Part shown: piece by piece, positions 26,130 through 40,600 of the stretch
How positions within the stretch are numbered: the first letter of the stretch is position 1
Layout of the letters: every line of letters begins with the position of its first letter
Origin: Lama guanicoe
Lineage: Eukaryota
DNA: 64,000 nt
Assembly: GCA_013239625.1 (NCBI GenBank)
Contig: MU054391.1
Span: 3,253,130-3,317,129, forward strand
Reading direction: 5' to 3'
The notes under the pieces: generated by a model
Databases searched by the model: none
Told to the model about the DNA's origin: nothing
Seen by the model: only the letters and a program-made list of their open reading frames with translations
Translations under genes and position numbers: made by a program

Positions 26130-26620
26130 AAATAAGACTGTGATAAAGCTCTTTGTGGGGTGTCGAGTTGAGAGTGTAAAAAACTGAGCTGGAAGGAGGA
26201 GCATTGATGGCCAGGTTTGAATGATGGTTTATTTGGGGGGGGGTGGCAAGGTTCATGGTGTGATCAGGAGTGTGCAGGAATGAAGGGGACCCACTGGAGA
26301 AGAGGGGCTTGGAGGGACTGACATGGGCTGGGTCCTCCATGTAGCTTATGAAGTCACCCAGAAATATGGCAGGAATGAGGGGAAAGCCACATCATGGGAG
26401 GCATGTGGTCTCCAGTGAGGAAGGGGAAGATGGCTAGACCAGTGAACTTACGCAAGAGGGCGGAGCAGGGGCTTCCAAGAGGGATGGCTTTTGAAGTAGA
26501 AAGGGAGAGTTATTGCAAAATGTAACAGGAAGTAAGCGGGACTTTGATCTATCTCCTAGACACTAAGGATCATGGGATACAAGAGAAAAATTAACCTCCT
26601 CTTTAGAGAAAACTGCAGAA
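26130..26620 (-). mobile_element. L2 fragment
   Basis: Purine-rich pattern typical of antisense L2 (gagctggaaggaggagcattgatggccaggtttgaatgatgg). Confidence 0.5.
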
Positions 26621-27379
26621 AAATCCACAAAAGACTGGACACATGTCAGAAGCCCTTTCTCATCAGCCCCCAGAGCCAACCCCAGTCCTAGCGCATCTGT
26701 CAGGCAGCGCTTGCTCACTGAATCAGTCTTCATATCAACGTGCCTCGTTCAGGAAAGCCTTTGTTTCATTAATTTTTCACTGTTGCCTCTTAAAGGTGAA
26801 GCAACCTCCTAACTGAGAATTATGGCTTCCTAAACATTCACCATCCTTCCCGCAGAGCGCATTTTTTTTTTTCCCAGAGCTTTCAGCTCATGGGTTGATC
26901 ATATCAATTTTGCACAACAATTTCTCCTGACTTCTCCAGACAAGATGATATAAGAGGGCACACATATCACATGATCAAATGCGGCTTCCATAAAAATACA
27001 CTTGGTAATTGCAGCTGCACTTTATGAGGCTATGATGAAAAAGACATAAAATGTAGCTGTGGAAAATTGTGTTCACAAACCCAAGAAAACTTGGCTGTGA
27101 ATATCCACTCTGTGAATTACAGGGACAGATTATGACATAAACTACAACACTGGAATTGGAAGCATCCTTAGATATTAAAATGGAACTACACACACACGGG
27201 TGCACACACACACCACACACACACACCACACACGTAACACGTGGTGTGAAATAGTCAGAGGATGAAGGATCTTTAGACCATCAGTAATTTAATTCTCATT
27301 GCTTTTCACTGTCAGCTTAAACATTTGCCTGTTTGTAATAATCTTTTCTACTTTGTTTTTAAGAATAAGATTTAATTTC

Positions 27380-27799
27380 TGGTCACGGTAAGAGTCCACC
27401 CCAAAATTCATGTCCGCCCAGAGCCTCAGAACGTAACCTCCTTTGGAAATAGGATCCTTGTGGATGTAATTAATTTGAACCTTAAGCCCAGTGACTGGTG
27501 TCCTTATAAGAAGGTCATGCAGACAGAATCACAGAGGGCAGAAGGCAGGTAATGACACTGGAGTGGAGAGAGATGTCTACAGCCTCCACACTCTGGAGGA
27601 ACACCAAGGATTGCTCACAACCCCTGGAAGCTAGAAAGAGACAAGGAAGGATTTTTTCCTAGAGTCTTCAGTGAGGGCAGGGTTTTCCTGACACCTTAAA
27701 GTCAGACTGCCAACTTCCAGAATTGTAAGCAAATGAATTTCTGTTGTTCTAAGCCAACTGGCTTGTGATGATTCATTATGGCAACCCTATTAACTACAA
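27380..27799 (+). mobile_element. MaLR LTR (MLT1C-like)
   Basis: ccccaaaattcatgtcc...tttggaaatagg...gactggtgtccttataaga...ggaagctagaaagagacaaggaagg...aatttctgttgttctaagcca. Confidence 0.85.
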
Positions 27800-28649
27800 A
27801 ACAAATAATTTAGTCCTTATTAATTATACAAAGTAATGTATAATTCCCTAAAACAGGAAAAGTATGTTTGATTTTCATGTATGTGTTTTTAACTCCAAGA
27901 AGCTTTTAATCAACCTTTTCATGTGGCAGTGCCTCAGTGTATAAACCTAAGGATCACTAAGAATTGCATTTAACACTGGAGAAGTTTCCGATTTGTCCGT
28001 TTAAACTTTCCTTTACAAGGAAAGCAGAGCTACTCTTAATCATAAATCATGGGTTTTTTTTCCCCTTTTTCAGATTATGTCTCTTTTGCTGACTCTCTAT
28101 TGAACATCTGAACTCAAATTGAGGTCCATATCTTGTCATTAAAATAAGTCGAGTCAGTGGCCCTGATCTGTCCATCCAGCCTGTTTTTCACCACAGTGCT
28201 TGGTTGTAAGTGAAGGTAAGATATATGCACACTCCCTCCCACACTCGGCACATACCTGAAGGCTGCAGCCCTTGGAACAGTACACACTTCCCTGGCAGGC
28301 TCACATGCACTGCTCCATGCTTCCCTTCAGGGACCACTCAGTCTGAGCACTGCCCTTCTTCCCATGTAACTGAGTAGGATCCTAACGTCATTGGTGACCA
28401 TCTGACATCTGTAATGGTGTTTGTAACTGCTTAGCTGTGGAATAGTTTCAAGGGTTTTGCTCATGCTCTTGCTGACCAGGGCTGGAGAGGAGGAGGGAGG
28501 CTTGAGTCATCTGCCCAACCCCCTCATGGTGCTGCCTGCAGGGACCATACTCAGTGCCCTGGTCCTGACCTCGACACCTCAGAAATAGCAACTGGGTGTT
28601 TTGTGCACCTTGCTATTCATAACTCACCCCAACTGCACATGTCTGCAAT

Positions 28650-29170
28650 TGTTTTGGCCCCTCGTAGTTTCCTTGTGTCCTATTGTTTGAGGTGCAGCTC
28701 TCAGCCTGAAGCAGGACGTCCCAGGCCCCAGCTGCTTAAAAGACTAAAAGCTTGTATCAACCTGACATTTAACTGCACACGTTTTTCCCTAGAGCTCTTT
28801 TCCATGGACCCCCATCCAATGCATCTTTTGTTCCAGGTCCAAGAATATTAAGAAAGTCCCAAAGCCAGAGGTGAACTTCATAACCAGCAGAAGGAAAGGG
28901 ATATTGCATCTGCAAAAACAAGAACAACTTTGCAACAATTTGCTACCTTGTATACCATCTCCATGGAAACTAACTCTGTCCCTTGAACTCTTGAATTTTT
29001 ACCATAACCCCCCTGCCTCCTCTCCCCAGACTCACTGTCTTAGAGGCACTGGCCCACTGTGACCTCCTTTGCCTGGCAAAGAAATAAAGCTGCCTTTTCC
29101 ACTTCATCCTAAACTCTGTCCTTGAGTCTTAATTTGGTAAGCTGGGTCCAGAGGCCATACTTCAACAACA
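28650..29170 (+). mobile_element. ERV1-like solo LTR
   Basis: 3' part gcactggcccactgtgacctcctttgcctggcaaagaaataaagct...aaactctgtccttgag...tcaacaaca, with AATAAA and terminal CA; the 5' boundary is uncertain. Confidence 0.65.
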
Positions 29171-29865
29171 CCCACAAGGTCCACTCGTCTGTGTCCTCAG
29201 GGCTCAGGTCAAGAGTCACCTCGGCAGGTAGGCGTCCTCAGCCCAGCCAGAGAATATGTGCCTCCTGCCCACTCTGTGCTGAGAGGTCTCTGTGCAAAGA
29301 AACTCCCAAAAAAGACTGGTCAGAACATCTGCTCAGAGCAGAGTCTGCAGACTCATCTGGGTGATTAAAAACCAGTTTCATGATTTACTCACTTTAAAAA
29401 AACTCTCAAATCACTCTCTCTATCTGAAAATGGTAAGTATAGCAACTCAACAATACAGGAATTACAAATATTTATTCAGATAATTCATTAATCCAGATAT
29501 TTTAAATAAATGTTATATTTCTTATATTATCTTATATATTTTTATATTAAACATATAGGCTAATAACCTACATTAATTACATTATTATTTATTATTTACC
29601 AGGTGCTGTCTGGAATGTGCACTGAGTTGACACCTGTGAAAGATGCACAGGCTTTGTCTTCCCCAGACATAGGAAAGGGTGCACAGCTGTCTCTCCTGAG
29701 TCTAATTCACAGTTGTCCGTGTTGTCAGTTCTTCTGCTCTGTCTTGAGTACCCTTTTATAAATAAGCAAACTCTGGGTCTAAACATGAATATACTCATTA
29801 TCAAGAGGGGTCTTAGTTCTTTTTTGCCAAGTCTTCTTAGGTTAAACTTCTAATTTCTGTTTTAG

Positions 29866-29973
29866 GGCAAAATCAGTTTTCCTTGGCAGCCTTCATTCGA
29901 AACCTTCAAGCAGAATTCTTAGAAGCTCATCTACACTTTTACCAGATTTACTGGGGTCCCATGAGTTAAAAAG
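29866..29973 (+). pseudogene. Pseudo-exon, RGS-like N-terminal helices
   Basis: ttctgttttag|gg ... aaaag|gttaag; translates QNQFSLAAFIRNLQAEFLEAHLHFYQ (compare RGS GLAAFRAFLKSEFSEENLEFW). Confidence 0.6.
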
Positions 29974-30039
29974 GTTAAGACAGCCCTCCCCGACCCCTTG
30001 GTAGATGAGAAGGCTCAGTGGTTGAGACCACATGGGACA

Positions 30040-30510
30040 TGCATGTGTTGAACCCACAGGACAGGCAGCGCTGGTGGGTGTGAACATGCCTGGTAACCTC
30101 TGCTGTCGTCTTGGCCTTCAACACACTGGGCTGCAGCCGCTGGTCTGCACTTCCCCCGACTGGACCTCAAGTTTCTGTAGGACATGGTGTATCTCCATCT
30201 TAGAATCCTGCACACCTAACACACATGACAAACCCTGAGTAAACGTGTAAGTAAACGTAGGCAAAGGTACCACTCCTATGTGACATCCATCACAGCCCCT
30301 GTTTGACATGGGGAAACTGACCATGGGACTCTGTTTTCCAGTATTTCCAACGCCCACCATCACCTGAGAGAGATGCACTCCTGAGAGAGACTCAAACGCA
30401 GAAGGAAGGAAATCAGGCGGTGATGCACTAATGCCTATTGGTTTGGGGAACTGGAAGGCATGAAATAAAGGCCGACCAAAGCTGAATTGACTGAGTCTTA
30501 AAGGCAGACA
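30040..30510 (+). mobile_element. Possible old LTR remnant
   Basis: Ends aataaaggccgaccaaagctgaattgactgagtcttaaaggcagaca (polyA signal, terminal CA); family not recognised. Confidence 0.35.
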
Positions 30511-31597
30511 AAGGCACTGACTGAAGCAGACTCGAAGCACTTTACCACTCCAAGAGCTGCTTCAATCATTTCTAATGTTAAAATGCACTTTAAACAATTA
30601 CGTCTTACTTGATTCTCCCCTGTAATAATTTTACTGCCTTAACGCTACTTTGCTTTGTTCTCCTAAAACAAATTAACACCCAATCCAGATCACTTTTGTG
30701 AAATCTATTGCTCTTTTCCTTGCATGCTGTGGCTAGGAGTTCACGGCGGTGTGTGGAGATTTGCCTCACTATTGAAATGCATACCTTTTCCAGATCTAGT
30801 CTTAGTTCTGCCAGTATTTATATTTTTAATTTTGACTTAAGAAATTCTCTGCTCTTCATCAGGATCTTGCTCCTAAATGTTCTCTTTAAATTTGATTTTT
30901 GCTCTAAACACACACACACATTTCACTTTCGGGACTACCTCTCCCACCCAGGGACACGGGGCACGTGCACGCTTTCACAATCATACTTGTTGTGTGCTGT
31001 ACACCTTCGGATGGAGGGAGAAACCTCTGCTGTCTTATTCGTTGACTGAACAGTTATTTACTACACATATACTAAATGCTAAGGGATGAAAAAGCAGGCC
31101 TGCTTCCCTAAAGTATCTCGCTTGTTGTCTCCAACTTGGGTCTATGTCATAGATCACTGCACATGCCCTGGACTGCATCCACACCAAACCACTCACTTCA
31201 GGCACTGTGCATATGCTGTTCCAACCTTCTGGGCACCCTTCCATGTATCTGAACCCAGGTGCTGTGAAGCATCATTTGACGTCCTCCCTAATTTCCTAAG
31301 ACAACCCCTCTGTGCTATGACAGCACTGTTTCCGCTTCTCCATTGCACTACGTACCAAAAAAGGGTTATGAATAGTCACCTTTGTACCTTGTCTCTTTCC
31401 TTAGACTGTGATTTCCTAATGAAAATAATATTTTAAATGATTTCTGGTTCCTTCTTCTAAGTTTAGGATAGTGCCTAGCACATAGAATACCCTCAAAAGG
31501 GACTTCTGGGGAAGTGACTGAGAGCGCTTGTAAGCCCAATGGTGATGTTAATAAACACGACATACTATCACAAAGTAAAGAATGGCTTTCATTTCAG

Positions 31598-31745
31598 CGG
31601 AGGGTTGCATATTTGGTCTACTTGAGATAGTAAACACTATTTTAACACGTCTTTGAAGATTAATCAGGTCAATTTGGACATTAAGTATGAAAAAGATCAG
31701 CCCTCTGAAAAATAATTTAATGATTATTTCCAAAAATGTGAACAG
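31598..31745 (+). pseudogene. Pseudo-exon, RGS-like central part
   Basis: tttcatttcag|cgg ... gaacag|gtactc; RRVAYLVYL, a +1 frameshift, then KHYFNTSLKINQVNLDIKYEKDQPSEK*FNDYFQKCEQ. QVNLD at 31665-31679 matches the RGS EVNID/QVNLD motif. The 148 bp length (147+1) fits one frameshift. Confidence 0.65.
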
Positions 31746-31989
31746 GTACTCAAAACCTTTAATAGTATTTATTTTGAGACATTGTTCAATCATAGGTTTC
31801 TTAAAATTACAACACAAGTTATATAATTAAATTTGAAACCAAACTACACACTAGCCTAAAGACGTCCGTGTATATTAATCTTTGTGGCATTTCCACTACG
31901 ACCCAGGCATTCTCAGGAGACAGGAACTGTTTGTGAATGAAACAGAAGATGAAGTAGCTGGCTTCGTAGCATCTGCATCTGATGCAGGA

Positions 31990-34250
31990 AAGATGGGCAT
32001 GAACAGAAGCAAGCAGACGTGCAAAGGATAAAGTGGGGAACGTGGCGTGCTGGAGTGGACGTGAACTTTCACTTTAAAAGAGGAGGGTCAGGAAAAGGCA
32101 TTGAGTAATGTGACTTTTAAACATCATCTTAAAGGAAGCAATCCGTAAGTATTGAGACGGGGTCACTTCAGGAAGAGGGGGAAACAGCTGCACAGGTGAT
32201 GACTTGGGAGCATGGTTAATGTTTCTCGGGACCTGCAGGGAAGGCACTGGGCGGAAGCAGAATGAAGTGATGGGAGAGGATGTGGGAAGGGAATGGAGGA
32301 CCCCTGCATGAGGGGCACAGATAACGAAGACTTGCAGACAGTTTTACTCTAAGAGCAAATTTACTCCAAGTGAGGCCATAGGAGGGCTTTGAGCAAAGAA
32401 CTGGAATGATCAAATACGTATTTTAAAAGGATTCCTCTATGTTTGTGCTGACGGCAGACTTTATAGGATCAGGGGCAGAAACAGAGAGAGGCCAGTTAAG
32501 AGTTAAATCCAGAATGGAGGTGCACTTGAGTAATGGGTGGTGGACACAGGGAGACGGTGAAAAGTGTGAAGGTAGACAAACAGCATTTGCTGACGGATCG
32601 GTGTGCGTGTGCAGACATCAGTGAGCCAGCTGTGACTCCAGTATTTTCAGCCTGAGCAACTACAAGGTAGTGCTGTCACTTACTGAGATGTGGATGACTA
32701 TGGGAAAAGCATGATTCTTTGTTTTGTTTTGTTTTTTTCTTGTTTGGGGAAGGGAGGACGCTGCTCCTGTTGTTTGTTGGTGCAAAGGGAATTGATGTGC
32801 CCAAAACTAAACTCTGAAATTTCCAATATATATTAGACATCCATGTAGAATGTTAGGCAGGCAGTCAGATATATGAGTCTGGAATTCAGGGGAGATGTCT
32901 GGGCTGCAGGTATAAATATATGTTCCATCAGCCTATATAGGTGATATTCTAAGAGACGAATTGAGATCTCCTTGAGACTCAGTGCAGATAAAAAAAAAAA
33001 AAAGGGCAGAACACGAGCCTTGTGATATTCCAGCCTTTAGAGGATGAAGATATGAGACGCACCATGAAAGAAAGTAAGAAAGGACAGGAAGTTAAAAGAA
33101 AAGTGAAGGTATACAATTTTATGTGGCAATTGCTTATTTTTTAATTTTCCAGATTCAAGAAAATATGGAAAATAATTTAAAAGTAGAAGAAAAACAAAGA
33201 ATGAATAGTCCTGAAAGGCAAAAGGTAACATACTTTTAAGGAAGATGTATTCAACCGTGTCAAAAGCCATTTAAGATGGGGACTGAGAATTGATTCTTTG
33301 GTTTAGTGCCACAATGTCACTGGGAGTGTTGAAGAGGGAAGACTGATTTGATGGAATAGTTGAAATAAAACCCTGACTGGAATAGGTCCAAGCAAAGGAG
33401 AGAAGACTGAACATAGACAATTCAGTCACGAAATGTGTTTGAAAAAGGGAAAGAAAAGGGTCCTGAAGAAGCTGGTTTTGTTCTGTTTTCTTTAGATGTA
33501 AGCTGCAAATGCACATGGGTATGCTTCGGAAAGAGAAGCTGGTGATGCAAGAAAGAGATGAAAGTGTTGCTGAAGTGACAGCGTTGAGTAGGAGAGGAAA
33601 ATGAGATGCGGCAGGCAAACCAAGAGCTGGCTTTCGGGGCACAGAGCCCCACGGCCCGGGCGAGGAGGAGCGTATGAACGCAGATGCGCGGTGGTGGGCG
33701 GGGCGCGCTGGGGGCGGGGCGGGGGCGGGGCCTGTGGGACTTCCGTCCTGTTGACTTGTGCTGTCTCAGTGATAAAGGAAACAAAGTCCTCAGCTGAGCA
33801 TGACGATGAGGACAAAGTGTCTGAGCCAGGAATGACTCGAACCAGACATTTAGGAGAGTGGAAAAGAAAGTGGGTCGGCAAGGATCAGCGGTGGCCCCCA
33901 GGAGTTCTCTTAAATCAAGGGCAGCTGAATTGAGACCAGTCTCCTCCTTCCGTCTTCCTCTGAATCAGTCAGCTGCACAGAGCAGCCTGGGGGCACTTGG
34001 AGGGTGGAATTAAGCCAAGATTTGAGCTTTGCTTGGGAAATTAGATCAAAAGAAAAGGGATGTAAGGAAGAGGTTGTAATGATGGACTTTGGAATCTAAG
34101 CTGGGTAACCAGCAAGTAAAGACAGACCAGAGGACGGTGAGAGAATGTAAAAGTGTGGCCGGCGCAGTGGATGTTCTGGTCTGGGTATGTTGAGAAATTG
34201 TTTGATTGTGGGTCTTTGGAAGAAGATAGCAGTTTGAGAGTTGAGTGCTT
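31990..34250 (-). mobile_element. L2 LINE, long fragment
   Basis: Typical antisense L2 motifs: ggagggctttgagcaaagaactggaatgatc, gcctgagcaactacaagg, gagtctggaattcaggggagatgtctgggctg, gatggggactgagaattga. Confidence 0.8.
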
Positions 34251-36245
34251 TATTAAATACAGCACTTAGATACTGTACATTCTAGGTCGGTTGAGCTATC
34301 TGAGTTATTTCAAATTTCAGTCAGTGTGGCTCTACATAATAATTCTCATTTTCTCCATGTCATCTCCACAACAGTCACGGAATGAGGGAGACAGGACAGT
34401 GCTGCTGCTACAAGCTGATAACAGAAATAATCCGAAGCCCGTCCTCCGTGAGGGTTCCTTCAACAGCTGCTCACTGTTGGGGGATGTTACTGTTTTGTCA
34501 ATGTTTTGTGTTCAATCACGGACTCAAATAATGTATAAAATTGTATGAAACACCTTTGAAAATGAAGCGACCTTTCACAAAGTATTCAAGAGGGGAGCTT
34601 TGCAGCTTATTCATAAAGTTCACTTGGCTTGAAAAGAATGTGCATCTCGGTTTGTGCTTAGCTAGCAAGTTCACCTCTGAGGAGAAATATGTGCTGTGCA
34701 TTGATAGCTCATTAATGTTTTGTGATATTCTACATCATGAACTTATTAATTTTAAATAAGTGTATGAATTGAATCCCAACTGGAAACACTACAGAGGATG
34801 TTGTTTCAATTTTTTAGTCCTCAAATCTTAAATATTAATAATGAGAAAGGCCTTTAAAGGCCAATCTTGAACACATTTTTTTTGATACACTTTTTCCTAT
34901 CCTATTTCCATACCTACTTTGAAGCTTTTAGAAGATGTTTAAAATCATGTCTAGAAACACAGTGGCGACAAACATGGTAAGAAAAGACAAAGCCTCTCAG
35001 CCCATGGAAGAAGGGTAGGAAGATGCCCTGGACCAAAGCCATGGCAAGTCTCCTATTGTTGGAGAAAGACCGGAGTTACTGAGAAGACCCAGTCCTGGGC
35101 TGGGTGCACAGCTCTGCCCTAAGACTGAACCTGAGATAGGAATACAGTCAGGATGGAGGACCAAGTCACAGCAGACTACTGCAGACACTGGCAGAAGTCC
35201 AGAGCATGAAGGGTGACCTTTGAGGGCAGGTGGAAAGGGAGGACCTAAAGGCCTACAAAGAAAGGAGGCATGCCAATTCCTAGGCACAGAAATTATTTGC
35301 CTCAACCCTCACTGAGGCGCACAACACATCCATCTTCAACAAAAAGTATGAGACACATGATACAGCAAGTGAAAACAGTACACTGTCAGAGAAGAAAGCA
35401 ATCCATGGCCATGGCAGACATCACTAATTGATTCCTGAGTCGTGATTAGCCTGTGTGTTTCAAAAACTAGTTCCAGGTGTCTGCTACTGCTCAGACACTA
35501 GCAAAAGACAGTTTGTTTGCCATTTCTCATCAAAATAATGTTAGGGTTATCTTCCTAATATTATCCATCATTTGTAAGCAGTTATTTAAATAAAATTGTC
35601 ATGTTATAAACTGTACCTGTATTTTATCTTTGCTAATATACCATCTCTTATTATTTTCAGTTACAGGATTAAGATAAATGTTTCCCAGCTTTCTCATTCA
35701 ACTTGGTTGTACTTTAAAGATTATTATCATAGCAACAACTCAATGACTAGAGTACCCAGTGTTTGCATAAGTAAGACTAGCCTGGAGCAAGGTGTATTCA
35801 TTCTCCACTGTGTCCACTACAGACACAGTAAAGTATGAAAGCACATGAGGTCCTAACATATTTGTCTGCAGGGTCTCTATCTAAAAGCCCCATGTGACCT
35901 AAAACAGGAAAGAGGAAGAGTCAAACAGTGTTGGCTTAACAACACCAAAAATAAATGCCATCAAGTCCATTTCCCTTAGCAGGAACATTTATTCATAGAA
36001 TATTCCATCAGCTTTTACTCACAACCTGTTTACATGCATTAGGTGATTTTAACTGGTGTCCGATCTATTAAAAATGAGAATCAGAAAAAAATATGGAAAT
36101 AGGGAGAAAGAAATGTGTATTAACTACATGTTGGTAGTGACAGCCTTCTGCAGTATCATGAACCAAAAGAGAAAATAATTACTAAAAAAAGTCCAGTTTA
36201 GTCTGGTGGGATGACCACGTTTTTACTCCATTCTCCTGTTTGCAG

Positions 36246-36389
36246 CCCACTGAAATTGACTAAAGGTTGAAAAATTTAGGAAAAATAAATACCATATTCA
36301 ATGAGAAAAAATAGCCTTTATGCAAATATGCCAATCACAGTCTGTAAAAAATATTAGCTTATTGTGGTGAAAGTTGGATGGTGTGAAGG
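36246..36389 (+). pseudogene. Pseudo-exon, RGS 'FWL.VE.F.K' motif
   Basis: ctcctgtttgcag|ccc; reads *LKVEKFRKNKYHIQ*EKIAF. TGA at 36257 sits where W is expected and TGA at 36302 is plausibly from CGA. A shifted frame gives TVCKKY. Confidence 0.65.
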
Positions 36390-36539
36390 GTGACCAGCGA
36401 GTTATAACGCAACACACAGAATTGTCTAACAGGAGGCAGCGCAGCTCCGAGGCTCGGAACCAACAAGTTCTCGTGCAGAGCAGCGAGCCCCGGAACTTTC
36501 AACTCTTGGACTGATTCTCTGGCATTTATTTCTATATCT

Positions 36540-37680
36540 CTGAATTTTATGATTCTGTTGCTATTTCTTAATTTTCCATTTTTGACATTATTAGTTAGTG
36601 TCCCAGATTAAAAGATGAAGAATTAGCCCTCATTTACGCTCTCACCCACACTCACCATGCCGCAGCACACTTTCCATCTTCCCGTCCTTGGATGGAGTAA
36701 CGCCTGCTGCTCTGAGACCACCATTCAATGCTTGCATGATGAGGACAGCACAGACACTCCCCGCGGTTGAAGATATCGTCTGTTTGCTTTCCACTTGCTC
36801 ACAGCCTGCCCCCACCCCCTCTGCCTGTGATCATGTCTTGCTTCTGTTTGCTTAATTTTCTATGCGCTTATTACAAATATGAAGTCAAACTGTCTCCAAT
36901 GGTCTAAATCGACTTTCAAAAAGTATATTACATATTACATTAATTTTATCTTTTGAAAAGAAACCATCTAGACTCATCCAGAGCTTTTAAAACCCTGCTC
37001 TATTGCCTTCTAGCATTTTCACTTTCCTCATTTGTGGAGAGATGACTAAAACCAATCTGGCTCTGTAAGTGTGACTTTTTTTCCATTTAGCAATGTATAT
37101 AATTTTCTTCTTGTGTTCAGAAACAACAAGTCTTTAAGGACATAATTTGATTGAGTCTATTTTCATAGATTTAATTTGCATATGATAAACCAATCTAGAA
37201 GCACGTTTCATTCTAATAAACTGTCTTTTATTACTTCTTTGATTATTTCAGTGGTGTTTCCTCTCCTTGCTTCCTTTCTTCTCTCTTTCAAGAATTCTGT
37301 CATTTGGGTGTTGCACTTCCAGCTTTTGTCCTCTCATTTTTGTGAACTTTTTCTCTTGCTTATCATCATTTTGTGTTTCTCACAATGAGATGGTTCTTTA
37401 CCTTTGTTATTTAACTTTTCTATTGAATTTTTATATTAGTTGTATTATTAAATATTCTACACCACGTTTTGTACTTTGCACAGGTGGCTTAAATTTAATC
37501 CTCACACACTCATCTCCTCTCAGGTTCCAAAATTCTGTGCCTGTCTCGTTTCTAAAGCTTTATGTTTTTGTGGATTTATGACTCTAAAATGATGTATTTA
37601 TTCTCATTTTAATGGGGTTTTGGAAGCAGTAGTTCTACTTACATGTTTTTTGATTTATTATCTTTTACTTGCAGTTCTCT
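36540..37680 (-). mobile_element. Old L1 fragment (L1ME-like)
   Basis: T-rich antisense L1 pattern (ctctattgccttctagcatttt, tttattacttctttgattatttc). Confidence 0.5.
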
Positions 37681-40600
37681 TAAGTAAAATTTATTTTAAA
37701 AATGCTCTGTAGCACATCTTTTAAAACAATCTATCTCAATATTTTTTGAATGTAGGCAAACTACATACATACACATGTATCTATGATATATAGCATTGTA
37801 TTTAACAATAAGAAATGATATATTTAACAAACAGCAATTGTCTAAACCTTTGCTTAGGAAAAGTTTGAATATTAATAGGAAAAAAATATCTAAGTGGGTT
37901 ATAATCTGAAGAGCTCTACTTCCAGAGGAATTGAAATAAGTAAAATAACATGTAAGTAAAACATCTCTATCATTAGTGAAAGAAACGGCTAGTTATCTAC
38001 CTCAACAATAAACCTCTAACCAAAACCAGGCACATGTACTTTAAAATACGTCTGAAAATTAGTATCAACATTTGCCTTTTAAAGAAACTTCTTGGCTTTT
38101 TATAGAACATTTGACCAAATAATTCACTCATATGCATGGAAACCTCATTATGGTGGAGTCCTGTGCAGTATAAATGATTATCTTCTAAAGCACTATTAAG
38201 TTTTGGTTGTGCTCCAAATAAAGCTCACACTAGTGATGGATTATGTGAAATCCTTGCTCTGAAATATTCTATGGGATCTTAGATTAATTTGCTTCAGGGT
38301 AAAACCAATTTGAAGAATTATTTTTTTCCTACTTTGGATCCAGCATCCAATGAATGTCACACAAATCTGCCTTCTATCCAGCCCTACCCTAAGGAAGAAA
38401 ATAAAAAACCTAAGAGAAAATTACTGGCAGATTTTTCTGTCTAATACCTAAAAGCTTTGTTATCGATTCAAACACATATATGTCTCTTAACTTCAGTTTG
38501 CTTCTTGAGGAAGTTTATTTTCATTCTTGTAATCAAAGTGTGTTATCTAATTATATACATTCATGTTAAGAACAAAGTGTACTTATTAACCCTTGGTATA
38601 CTATCAGAGCCCATGAGACCCAATTTTAGATTTGAGTCTCTTTTATGAATATCTCTAACTATTTTCCAGAATAGATATGTCATAACTTTTAGATTTTTTC
38701 CTTAGGAATCTCCCAAAATACAAAAAGAAAATTTACTATTAAAAATGGGATGAAACAAATTCTATCTTGCAATTATTATTTGAATTCATTTGTTTTCTTT
38801 ACAAATATATGATCAATTGTGAAATATTAGTTTTCTTATTTTTCCTGCACCTTACGTATTTTGCTTTTGTAAGTTCCTAGGAATCATGTCATCATGACTC
38901 ATCAACTATTCTCAACTGTACTAAAAAGACAAAAATAATTACATCATGATAGAATAATGAACTCACCCAGAAAGATGATGCAGAACTGAAATAAAACACC
39001 ACTTCTGCACTATCTCAGTTTTCTTATTTTGTTTTCCAAGATATTGCATCATCTTACAAGAAGGTGTGAAAGATGTCTAGAGACACCATCATTTTTTTGT
39101 AGTTAACATTGAATCTACTTGAGAACTCAGAATTGTTCTCTCCTGCCCATTGAAGCAAAAAGAAGAAAATTTACAAAGGCAGATGCAAAAGACAAATGCA
39201 ACGTGGCATCAGCAACACTAAGACATTCATGATGATGGTGACGTGGGTCACATACTCAAAAACTCAGGAAAAAAATATCCTGGATGCATTTGTTCAACTC
39301 AACAATCAATAAATGAAAATTACATTTCTATAAACAAAAGGGAAGTATTGTGTTTCCACCCAGTTTATCATCCAATAGGAAGGATTTCAGCATAAAATAT
39401 TTTGTGTCAGATACCTGGATCACCTCATTTTGCAAGAAGGATGTGTGACGGAATTGTTCCATCTTTTATGATGTGTGTACACCAAAATTTCCTTCATATG
39501 GTATGTACATAAGTTGACAAATGCTGAAGGCTGGTGATCAGAGGAAACATAATGGGAAATTTATTAGGTCAATCTTTCAAATTCATATTTACAAATATAA
39601 AAATGAAAATATTTTTGCAATTTTGGAGGAAATAAGATTGAATCCTTCTCTTATCTTCTCTTTTCTCTTCATCTACATTATTAGCTGTCAAAAATTTTTA
39701 ATATTGCATTTTGATGCAGCATGTGCAAGAATAAGATTAATAATGCACTGAAATCTGGATTTATTTATTTACAAAATGGCTATGTTATTTGTTTGTGCCT
39801 GTTGGTGAGAACTTAGTTTCATTTAAAGACACTGTTACTCATGTGAAATGTATCTATATTTAATATATATGTTCAAAACCAGGAAAAAGTAGACTAAAAC
39901 ATTTGGTTTGCTATGTTCAAATTCTTATTAAATTTTCTAATATAGTTAACTTTTACTATCCCTTTGTTCTTACATCTATGAATTATCTGTAAAATGACTT
40001 ACAATATTATTTCCAAAGTCTCAGAATAAGAAAGGTCCCATTGGACCAGAAGGTTCTTCTTACCAGCATACTGAGTGATAAGCACCTGTTAGGTTAAGTG
40101 TGTGAGATACAAAGTCAGATGCAATTTAAAAAGTATTTTTTGTTTATCAGAAGTCACAGGGTAGCAACATGAGGTATGAATAGCTGCCACAGCGAATAAG
40201 ACCCAATCAGATCAGTGCATTTGAAATACATTGTGCACGTACCTCCTCCCTGGGAATTGGTCATTTTGTCCTGATCTCTGTTATTAAATTACTTTTTGAA
40301 TAGCAAATCATTTAATCTCTCTAGGTTTCTTTTTTCACCTATACAATGAGGAATTATACTAGAATCTATGACTGCCAACAGGCAACTGGAAAGCTGATTT
40401 TTTCCTAAGCTGAGAAGTGTTTTCTTTGGGCAGCAAATACAAAGAGGAGAAAAAAAAACTTTCCTTTTTACCCCAGCCTGTTCTTTGTTATTTGCATCAG
40501 ATCAACTTTATTTATTTACATTATCCAAATGGCCTCTTAAGGCATTTCAGTATTACTTTTCAGTCCCTCTTATTGCAAACATTTTATGATTCAGTATATA

